DNA of 64,000 nt from Candidatus Eiseniibacteriota bacterium (lineage in GTDB: Bacteria > Eisenbacteria > RBG-16-71-46 > JABDJR01). Positions 18,954 to 26,646 of the stretch are shown one piece after another. The stretch is from assembly GCA_963762255.1 (NCBI GenBank), contig CAVXKA010000001.1:1120001-1184000 (forward strand), given 5' to 3'. Position 1 is the first letter of the stretch. Every line of letters starts with the position of its first letter. The notes under the pieces are model-generated. The model worked only from the letters and a program-made list of their open reading frames with translations. It had not been told where the DNA came from and did no database searches. Made by a program: the position numbers and the translations under genes.

Positions 18954-21065
18954 ATGGCAATCATCCGGTCCACGCGCCAGGCCGACTTTTCCCTCGAGGT
19001 GGACGGGTTGCCCGCCGACGAGTTCCTCGTCACGCGGTTCAGCGGTTACGAGGGCATCTCCACGCTCTATCGGTTCGAGGTGGATCTCGCCTCCCGGGAT
19101 CCCCAGATGGACTTCGACGCCGTGGTGGGCAAGAACACCCTCCTTTCGCTCCAGAGCCAGTTCGGGGAGCGGTTGGTGCATGGAATGATCTGTCGCTTCG
19201 AGCAGATCGGAAGGGGGCAGACCTATACGTACTACCGGGCCCGGCTGGTTCCGCGGCTCTGGCTCCTCAGGCTGCGCACGCAGAGCCGCATCTTCCAGAA
19301 CATGGATGTTCCCGCGATCGTCCAGGAAGTCCTGACCGGTGCGGGCATCCCATCGGACCACTACGATCCCCAACTGACCGGAAGCTATGCCACTCGGGAG
19401 TACTGCGTGCAGTACCGGGAGAGCGATTTCGATTTCTTGAGTCGGCTCCTGGAGGAAGAGGGCATCCACTACTTCTTCCGGCACGCCGAGGACTCGCATG
19501 TGCTGATCACCGGCGATGCCTCGGAGTGCCATCCCGACCTTCCCGGAGATCCCGCACTGGTCTTCCGCGAGACCTCGTTCGGGAGCGTCCCTGGAAATGA
19601 AGTCGGACGGTTCCGGTTCCGCCGCGAGATGCGCACCGGCAAGACCATGGTCCGCGACTACGACTTCAAGAAGCCGACCCTGGATCTTTCGGCCACCGCC
19701 CAGTTGGCGAATCCAGGCGACGAGGGGGACAACGAGGATTACGACTATCCGGGGCGATTCGTCGAGGTCGCCGTGGCCAAGGAGCGGGCCAAGATCCGCC
19801 TCGCCGAGCATCGCACCGAGCGCGACCGTGTCCAGGGCCAGAGCAACTGTCGCCGATCCGCGCCCGGCTATTGCTTCAGCCTGGAGGAGCATCCACGAGC
19901 CGACTTCAACCGGGAGTACCTCATCACCCGCGTGAACCACTGGGGAAACCAGCCCCAGGCGTTGGCCGAGGAATCCGGCGTGTCCGAGGGGGAGCCGGTC
20001 TACTCCAACACCTTCGACTGCATCCCCGCCGACGATCCGCTTCGTCCTCGTCGCCTGACGCCACGTCCTCGGCTGGAAGGACCCCAGACCGCGGTGGTCA
20101 CCGGGCCGGAGGGGGAGGAGATCTACCCCGACTCTTTCGGGCGCATCAAGGTGCAGTTCCACTGGGACCGCGACGGACAGCACGACGAGCGGACTTCCTG
20201 CTGGGTGCGGGTAGGGCAACCGTGGGCCGGGCCCGGGTGGGGATCGATGTTCATCCCTCGGATCGGCATGGAGGTGATGGTGAGCTTTCTGGAGGGGGAC
20301 CCCGACCAGCCGCTCGTCACCGGCTGCGTGTACAACGGGGACAACCCGCCTCCCTATCCCCTCCCCGACGAGAAGACCAAGAGCACGCTCCGTTCCGCCT
20401 CGTCCCCGGGAAGCGGGGGCTTCAACGAGTTCCGTTTCGAGGACGCGGCCGGGAGCGAGGAGATCTTTCTCCACGGGGAGAAGGACTGGAACGTGGTCAT
20501 CAAGCACGACGAATCCCAGAGCATCGGGAACGACGAGAACCGGAGTGTGGGGCACGACCAATCCATCACCGTGAAGAACAAGCAGACGATCAAGGTCTCG
20601 GAGGGCCCCGCCGAGCTGTTCGTGGACGGGAACAACCGTGTGGTGATCGTGGACCAGCAGTACTACCGGCTCTCCAAGACCTCCTACGAGGAGGACACCG
20701 AGAAGTCGGAGAAGCGGGTCGGCAACAACTGGATGACCACGGATCAGGGCAAGATCGAGCTGAAGGCCACCGCCAATACGATCACCATGGACGCGGGCAA
20801 GATCGAGCTCAAGGTGGGGGGAAGCACGATCACGCTCACCCCCGGCGGAATCGAGATCAAGGGCACGAAGGTCACGATCCAGGGAACTTCGGAAGCCAAG
20901 CTCGGCGGAGGAAAGGTCGCGGTGACCGCCGATACCGAGTGTAAGGTGGGTGGAGCCACGGTGGACGTCACCGCCACCGGCGCCGCCACGCTGGGAGGAG
21001 CCACGATCTCGGCCTCCGCGTCCGGGCCTCTCTCCCTGAGCGGCACGCCGGTCAAGGCCAACTGA
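18954..21065 (+). CDS. tssI: T6SS spike protein VgrG/TssI with a gp5-like beta-repeat C-terminus and no effector extension
   Basis: 'REYCVQYRESDFDFLSRLLEEEGIHYFF', 'GRIKVQFHWDR', 'IPRIGMEVMVSFLEGDPDQPLVTGCVYN', 'NEFRFED'. Confidence 0.97.
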   Translation: MAIIRSTRQADFSLEVDGLPADEFLVTRFSGYEGISTLYRFEVDLASRDPQMDFDAVVGKNTLLSLQSQFGERLVHGMICRFEQIGRGQTYTYYRARLVPRLWLLRLRTQSRIFQNMDVPAIVQEVLTGAGIPSDHYDPQLTGSYATREYCVQYRESDFDFLSRLLEEEGIHYFFRHAEDSHVLITGDASECHPDLPGDPALVFRETSFGSVPGNEVGRFRFRREMRTGKTMVRDYDFKKPTLDLSATAQLANPGDEGDNEDYDYPGRFVEVAVAKERAKIRLAEHRTERDRVQGQSNCRRSAPGYCFSLEEHPRADFNREYLITRVNHWGNQPQALAEESGVSEGEPVYSNTFDCIPADDPLRPRRLTPRPRLEGPQTAVVTGPEGEEIYPDSFGRIKVQFHWDRDGQHDERTSCWVRVGQPWAGPGWGSMFIPRIGMEVMVSFLEGDPDQPLVTGCVYNGDNPPPYPLPDEKTKSTLRSASSPGSGGFNEFRFEDAAGSEEIFLHGEKDWNVVIKHDESQSIGNDENRSVGHDQSITVKNKQTIKVSEGPAELFVDGNNRVVIVDQQYYRLSKTSYEEDTEKSEKRVGNNWMTTDQGKIELKATANTITMDAGKIELKVGGSTITLTPGGIEIKGTKVTIQGTSEAKLGGGKVAVTADTECKVGGATVDVTATGAATLGGATISASASGPLSLSGTPVKAN

Positions 21066-21071
21066 TCGCGG

Positions 21072-22304
21072 TCAGAGCGGGGACTTCCCGAGGTTCATCG
21101 GTCCGTGGGGGATCTCGCGCCCGTCGACGCGGATCTCCATGCCCTCGAGTTCGTCCACTTCCGGGGCCTCCCGTGTGGGGAGCGTGATCGGGAGCATTCT
21201 CGGCGGACGCGCCTGGGCGCTCCAGACCAGGGTCACTAGATCCTCATCCTTGCGGATCCACACCGTGTGAAGATGGATCCTCACTTCCAGCGGCTTTCCC
21301 TGAAACGACATGCTCACCGCCGGTACCTCTCCGGGAAGGCGGAAGCGCCGTTCTCCAGCGAGATCGAGCCCCACCAGAGCGACCGATTCGTCGCCGCGCA
21401 GGAGCGGCACCGCGAGGCCGGGAGAAGCTCCGTTGAAGAACTCGCGGCGCAGTCTGCGATCCAGATCCGGATCGGCGGCCCGGTCCGCGTGATCGGCGGG
21501 CGCGATCCCCAGCTCCACTTCGCGCAGTCGGGCCGGCTCGGCGGGGGGAAGCGGCGGAGCGAGGCCGCCCATCACCGACCGCGGGTACCAGTTCCGCCCG
21601 AACCACCCGAGCCCCGCGGGTAGCGGCTGCCGCCACCAGAGTCTTGCGTCCCCGACCACGATCCGCTCCGGCGTCAGCAGGTCGTCCGGGTCTTCGAAGT
21701 TGGGGAGCGGGCGTTCGAGAAGGAGCCACTTGTGGGCGTTCACCACGTACGCCGCACCCACCGGATTCCGGGGGTAGACGCCGGGATGGCGCTCGAGGGT
21801 GAGGTACTCCATCCACTCCAGGGCGGTCTTCGGATCCTCGTTGCGCGGCACCGAGGGATCGACGCCGCCGTAAGCGCGCGTGTACGTGAGCGGCATCTCG
21901 CTGAAGGGCTCAGGCTCCGAGAAACGCAGGGCGCCTTCCCCGTCCGCCTCGATCCGACGGTCACCGAAGACCCGGATCGCTTTTCCGAAGTGGCCGATGC
22001 GAATCCCTGCCAGCATGTCCCGCCGGGGATAGGCGTCGGGGGTGCGGATCGTTCCGGTCACCACCACATCGGTGCGGAGCTTGAACGGGACCAACTCGCA
22101 CTCGGCGACCGGATAGTTGCCGGGCTCGTCTCCTTTGGGCTCGAGCACGTCCTCGGCGGCGAAGTCCACCGCATCCGGCGCGGGGGCGAGCCCCCCCTTC
22201 GGCTCGAGGACATAGGCGAGCTTCACCAGCAGCGTCACCGCCTCGTTGCCCTCGGCGTCCTTGGCCAAGTAGGGCGCAACCTTCATCGCGTGTTGGCTCA
22301 CCAT
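21072..22304 (-). CDS. DUF2169 family T6SS accessory/chaperone protein
   Basis: 'ELVPFKLRTDVVVTG', 'IRVFGDR', 'PEPFSEMPLTYTRAYGG', 'NPVG', 'LPNFEDP', 'PAGLGW...W.PR', 'FFNGASPG'. Start ATG at 22304 is coupled to the upstream stop. Confidence 0.85.
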   Translation of the reverse strand: MVSQHAMKVAPYLAKDAEGNEAVTLLVKLAYVLEPKGGLAPAPDAVDFAAEDVLEPKGDEPGNYPVAECELVPFKLRTDVVVTGTIRTPDAYPRRDMLAGIRIGHFGKAIRVFGDRRIEADGEGALRFSEPEPFSEMPLTYTRAYGGVDPSVPRNEDPKTALEWMEYLTLERHPGVYPRNPVGAAYVVNAHKWLLLERPLPNFEDPDDLLTPERIVVGDARLWWRQPLPAGLGWFGRNWYPRSVMGGLAPPLPPAEPARLREVELGIAPADHADRAADPDLDRRLRREFFNGASPGLAVPLLRGDESVALVGLDLAGERRFRLPGEVPAVSMSFQGKPLEVRIHLHTVWIRKDEDLVTLVWSAQARPPRMLPITLPTREAPEVDELEGMEIRVDGREIPHGPMNLGKSPL

Positions 22305-23194
22305 GATTCTCCAAGGACGGGCACTCCGCTCGTGGCCTGCTGCGCGGGGGAAGAGCCGCTCGGAGCGGCCGACGGCTGCTGCGCGCTGTCGACGAGACCA
22401 CCCACGGAGTAGTTCTGGACCGGCGCCCAGTGCGGGCCGCCGACATTCCAATAGAAGACCTTTACCTGGCCCGTGGTGAGATCGAGTTCGCCGATCTGGT
22501 AGGGGAGGGAGATCTTTCCCTCCATGATCGGGCTCAGGATCAGCCCCTTGGCCAGGTCCTCGGCCGCGGTGCCCAGGAGCGCGTTTCCCATCGCTCCGGC
22601 GAACGTACCGGCTCCGAATCGTTCCCCCAGTTTTCCGACCCACTGCCAGGCCTGGCCCAGGCTGCCGTTCGACTTCCCCAACTTGTTGAAGATGAGCGCG
22701 ATCACGATGGCGATGGCGATGCGAACGAGGCCCATGAGGATGTCGAGCGCGGTCAACCCCACGAACACCGTGTTCATCACCAGCAGGTACCCGCCGATCG
22801 GAAGCGGAACGGGGACGAAGCACTGGAGGAGGTTGATGAGGGGCGGGAAGTGTCCCGCGGTGGGCTTCCCTTCCGAGAGCACCGTTCCCGCGGCGAACAC
22901 GACCTTGCAGGACGACGTGGCGATGGCCACCGGACAAAGCGGGCCCACCGGAATGTCGACGTGGATGATCCCGATTCCGCTGTCGTGACCGATCTGCGCG
23001 GGGGTGAAGTTGTCGCTGAGGACCTTGGGCGAGGTGACCGCCGCCCCCGGCCCCCAGAAAAGGATGTGGGGCACCTCCACGAAGGGCAGGGGAACGGGGG
23101 GCGCAGTGTAGGGCGGCGGGATGTCCATGTGGGTCGCATACAGGAAGGCCAGCCGGACGTTCACGGTGTGGATGGCGAAGGTGGGGATGCTCAA
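22298..23194 (-). CDS. Divergent PAAR-like spike-tip protein with hydrophobic/TM C-terminal extension
   Basis: 'GHDSGIGIIH', 'SSCKVVFAAGTVLSEGKP', 'NTVFVG', then the hydrophobic helix 'LDILMGLVRIAIAIVIALIF'. Lies between two DUF2169 genes with a TTGA overlap. Confidence 0.5.
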   Translation of the reverse strand: MSIPTFAIHTVNVRLAFLYATHMDIPPPYTAPPVPLPFVEVPHILFWGPGAAVTSPKVLSDNFTPAQIGHDSGIGIIHVDIPVGPLCPVAIATSSCKVVFAAGTVLSEGKPTAGHFPPLINLLQCFVPVPLPIGGYLLVMNTVFVGLTALDILMGLVRIAIAIVIALIFNKLGKSNGSLGQAWQWVGKLGERFGAGTFAGAMGNALLGTAAEDLAKGLILSPIMEGKISLPYQIGELDLTTGQVKVFYWNVGGPHWAPVQNYSVGGLVDSAQQPSAAPSGSSPAQQATSGVPVLGESW

Positions 23195-24222
23195 GCCGCG
23201 GCCCCCGCGCTCCCCACGACGAGACGCGCGATGCGGATCTCCTCCGGCACCACCCGATACTTGAACGGGGTCCGGTGGACGAGCACGAAGCGCCCTTCCT
23301 CCGGATGGATGGTGATCGTGTCCACCTTGCCCTCGGGGTGGTACTCCTTGTCCCCCAGACGCACCGTTACTGCCGCCCGCAGATCGGGAACCGCGAACGC
23401 GAACCGCCCGCCGGCGTTCATGCCGGTGAGAACGATCGGTGTGCCGGGGAGGAGCGAGGGAAAGACCAGGTCGGGGTGGGCGTTCTGGAACACCTCGGGG
23501 CGAACGGTCTGCTCCCCCTTCTCCGCATCGTGAACCACCCCGCGTTCGACGGTGAAGAGCGTGCCGAGGGGAAGCGGAGCGAAGCCCGCGGGTCGCGGCT
23601 GATCCTGCCAGCTCGCGATGAGGCTCCTGGGATCCTCGATGTTGGGAAGATAGATCCCCTCGGCTTGTTCCACCTCCAGGCAGTAGCCCTTCCCCTCCAG
23701 GTTGTAGGGATTGGGCGCGTCGTAGACGCCGATCTTCGCCTTACCGCCGTAGGCGTTGGCGTAGGTCAAGGGGATGGCGGTGAAGGGCTCGGGCAAGGAC
23801 GCCGCAAAGGTCGGCGGCGGCTCCGGCTCGTTCTTCTTCCTCTTCTTCGGCTTGCCCTCGGGCTCGCGCTTCACCCAGCGACGGTCCCCGAACACCGCCA
23901 ACTCCCGCACCGCGTCGCCGACTTCCATGCGTACGGCCATCCGAGGCATCGGCTTGCCCTGCGGCGCAAGCGCCCGACCGACCACGAGCACGTCGACTCC
24001 CGGTTTGACCGGCGCCGTGTCGGGCGGGAGCACCCCGAGATCGGTTTCCTCGGCCTCGAACCGAAAGGGATCCTGCTCGGGGGCCAGCCGGATCTCCCCC
24101 GCATCGCTCACCGCATAGCTGACCTTGAGCACGACAAACGCCAGCATCGGCTCGCTCTCGTCCGGGGAGAGAGCGCTTCGCACGAGCTCGGCGGGAAAGG
24201 CGGATTCGTTCTCGAAGTCCAT
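23191..24222 (-). CDS. DUF2169 family T6SS accessory/chaperone protein (second copy)
   Basis: 'FENESAFPA', 'VVLKVSY', 'DTAPVKPGVDVLVVGRA', 'LAVFGDRRW', 'PEPFTAIPLTYANAYGG', 'LPNIEDP', 'FQNAHP'. Confidence 0.87.
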   Translation of the reverse strand: MDFENESAFPAELVRSALSPDESEPMLAFVVLKVSYAVSDAGEIRLAPEQDPFRFEAEETDLGVLPPDTAPVKPGVDVLVVGRALAPQGKPMPRMAVRMEVGDAVRELAVFGDRRWVKREPEGKPKKRKKNEPEPPPTFAASLPEPFTAIPLTYANAYGGKAKIGVYDAPNPYNLEGKGYCLEVEQAEGIYLPNIEDPRSLIASWQDQPRPAGFAPLPLGTLFTVERGVVHDAEKGEQTVRPEVFQNAHPDLVFPSLLPGTPIVLTGMNAGGRFAFAVPDLRAAVTVRLGDKEYHPEGKVDTITIHPEEGRFVLVHRTPFKYRVVPEEIRIARLVVGSAGAAA

Positions 24223-24229
24223 TCGTGCC

Positions 24230-24760
24230 TCAGCAGTTGAGCTTGATCCGCTCCCCGCGGACCCGGACATCATCGTTGGCTTTCAGATCCAGGCTGCCCC
24301 GCCGGGACCGCACCTCCACGGCGTGACCTTCGACCCGCGTCGCTCCCCCGGCGCGCATCACCGCCTCTCCATCCGCCGCCGCCTCGATGTTCCCCGCCGA
24401 ATGCAGCACGACCGATTCGGTCGCCTCCACCCGGAAGCGTTCGCACGCCACAGTGATCTCGCCCGGGCTCCCCAGCCTGAGGCCCGCCGCCTCGAACGAG
24501 AGGACGGGGCCGGCCGCGGTGAAGCGGACGCTCAGTTCCACGCGTCCATCGACCGCGGAAACGGTGAGGACGTCATCGCCATCGCGCCGCGTGAACTCGG
24601 CGCGGCGCCCGGATGCGAGGCGTAGCGGGGGGAGAGGAGCACCAGGGGGAGGCGCATCCACCACCAGCCCGGCTCCGATCTCGACCGAGTCGTCGGCGTG
24701 TTCCACCTCGAGCTCGACGGCGGGGGAGGCGTCGTCCTGGAATCGGCGTTCGATGCTCAT
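24230..24760 (-). CDS. Small beta-strand-repeat protein resembling an isolated gp5/VgrG spike needle (DUF6484/DUF3540-like context)
   Basis: C-terminal run of about 8-residue alternating strands ending 'GERIKLNC'; sits in a T6SS accessory operon. Confidence 0.5.
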   Translation of the reverse strand: MSIERRFQDDASPAVELEVEHADDSVEIGAGLVVDAPPPGAPLPPLRLASGRRAEFTRRDGDDVLTVSAVDGRVELSVRFTAAGPVLSFEAAGLRLGSPGEITVACERFRVEATESVVLHSAGNIEAAADGEAVMRAGGATRVEGHAVEVRSRRGSLDLKANDDVRVRGERIKLNC

Positions 24761-24770
24761 GGATGCTCCC

Positions 24771-26114
24771 TCAGTCCCGCTCCACGGGAAGCAGGAACGT
24801 GAATGTGATGGGTTTTCCCTCGAGGGGAACCGCCGAGCGGACCTGGATCTCGGCCATGGCGCGCGGGCCTTCGGGGCCCTCCACGGACGTCGCCTTCACG
24901 GCGACCGCCTCGTCGCCGCCGAGCGGGCCCAGGAACTTGCTCAGTTCGTCGCGGAAGAAGGTGGCAACCTCCTCAGGAGATCCGCCGGGCATCGCGTCGA
25001 GGAGGTTTCCGCAGAAGCGGGCTATGCGGCCGGCGGTGATCTGGTGGGCGAGCATCCCTTCCACGGTCAGCCGACCCGGAGCGAGGCGGGACACCGTGAC
25101 CGCGATCGGAATCATCGCGGTCCCCGCGCGCAACTGTCCGATGACCGGCGTGAACGCCGCGCGGGAGAGTTCCTGCGCCTTCATGTCCGGCATCGGGACC
25201 TCGGTCGAGAGGAGTGCGGTCTCGTTGGCCGCGACCGGATACGCCCGCGCAGGCAGGCTCTCGAACCGCCCCCCCCTGCCTCCGGACATGTCCAGCGCGT
25301 GCCCGAACACGCGGGCACTCCGCGCCAACGCCGCCGCGACGAGCCATCCGCCGCGCGCCCAGAGGAACGTCTCCGGCTTGGCCTCGGTCGTTCCTTCCGC
25401 ATAGTCCTCCGTCCGGTACGGTGCGCGCTCGAGGTGGCGGTTCAACGTGAGCGAGAACCAGCGCGCCTCTTCGGTGGCCTGGAACGCGGTCCACGCGGCG
25501 TGGGCAGGGTCGTTCAGCCGCCCCACCATGTCGGGCAGCGTGAGCACGTGCGCGAGGTGGCGCATGTCGAAGAAGCCCGCGCCGGCCGCGGCCACTGCTG
25601 GAGCCTGAAGCACCTTGGCCACGGCCGCCACCTCGCGCATCAACGCCAGGTCGGCCGCCTTGTGCGTGAAGTCGTAGTCGAGGAGCAGCAGCGTGGGGGG
25701 GGCGTCGCTGAGCATGCCCGGAGCGAGGACCGTCTCGCGCAGATGCTCCGCCAGCGACGCGCGAGAGACGGAGGCGACTTCGACCGCTACGTCCTCTCCG
25801 GCCTCGGACAGCAGCCGCGCCAGTCCACGCCACGCCGCCTCCAGTTGCTGGAGCGCGGGAGCGTGGAGGACCGCGTCGAGGGCTCCGCCGTCATCGCCGG
25901 TCAGCCCCAGCCTCTTTCTGAGAGCGCCCGGGGCCAGGTCGTCCAGCGAAGACGGGGTGAGCGTGACCATGCCCTTGCCGGGAACGGGGACCGCCGCCGA
26001 GGCGCCGATCTCGCGCAGGCGCTCTCCCAGGTCGGCGGCGCGCACGCGCAACGGCGGGGCGGGGTCGCCTCCCAGATCGGACAACACCGTGATCTTCCAG
26101 GGCAGAGATTCCAT
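24771..26114 (-). CDS. Single-chain TssB-TssC-like sheath protein (copy 2, 447 aa)
   Basis: N-terminal 'LPWKITVLSDLG...SLDDLAP' is TssB-like. 'VLHAPALQQLEAAWRGL', 'WTAFQATEEARWFSL', 'FLWARG' are TssC-like. GAGGAG RBS before ATG 26114. Confidence 0.75.
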   Translation of the reverse strand: MESLPWKITVLSDLGGDPAPPLRVRAADLGERLREIGASAAVPVPGKGMVTLTPSSLDDLAPGALRKRLGLTGDDGGALDAVLHAPALQQLEAAWRGLARLLSEAGEDVAVEVASVSRASLAEHLRETVLAPGMLSDAPPTLLLLDYDFTHKAADLALMREVAAVAKVLQAPAVAAAGAGFFDMRHLAHVLTLPDMVGRLNDPAHAAWTAFQATEEARWFSLTLNRHLERAPYRTEDYAEGTTEAKPETFLWARGGWLVAAALARSARVFGHALDMSGGRGGRFESLPARAYPVAANETALLSTEVPMPDMKAQELSRAAFTPVIGQLRAGTAMIPIAVTVSRLAPGRLTVEGMLAHQITAGRIARFCGNLLDAMPGGSPEEVATFFRDELSKFLGPLGGDEAVAVKATSVEGPEGPRAMAEIQVRSAVPLEGKPITFTFLLPVERD

Positions 26115-26166
26115 GACGACTCCTCGGTGTCCACGCGGCAGGCGGGGGGCCCGCCGCGATCCGCGG

Positions 26167-26643
26167 TCAAGGGATGGTGATGATCGTTCCCGGCGGCGGT
26201 CGCCGCCCGTGGTCGACGGAGACATCGAAGGCGTTGTTCTCCTCCTGCATCGTCTGTTTGCCTGCCTGGAATCGCGTCTCCAGGTCGGTGGCTCGAGTTC
26301 GGGCCAGACGATCGTGGACTCGGCGGGCCCCGGCCCGGATCCGGGAAGCATGCTCCCGTTCGTGAGCCAGGAGCGCAGCGTAGAAGCGGTCCCACTCCCG
26401 CTGCTCCGCCTCGGTGGCGGCATCCCGGTCGAGCCACCGCGGCATCGTGATGTCGATCGTCACGTTCACCACGAGGTTCTGGGCCAGACCCCGCGCGCTC
26501 ACGCCGTCGTACTCGTACCAGATGTTGTACTCGCAGCGCCCATCCTCGCCACCCGCGAGCCCCAGGTTGTTGCTCGCCGCCTCCAGCGTGGTCCCGGAGA
26601 CATCGTACGTGGCGAGTTGAGTCGGGGAGATGTTCAGGCTCAC
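26167..26643 (-). CDS. DUF922-family putative zinc metallopeptidase without a signal peptide
   Basis: 'YDVSG.T', 'ITMPRW', 'WDRFYAALLAHEREH' (HExxH), 'FD...HG'. Confidence 0.75.
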   Translation of the reverse strand: MSLNISPTQLATYDVSGTTLEAASNNLGLAGGEDGRCEYNIWYEYDGVSARGLAQNLVVNVTIDITMPRWLDRDAATEAEQREWDRFYAALLAHEREHASRIRAGARRVHDRLARTRATDLETRFQAGKQTMQEENNAFDVSVDHGRRPPPGTIITIP

Positions 26644-26646
26644 GGG

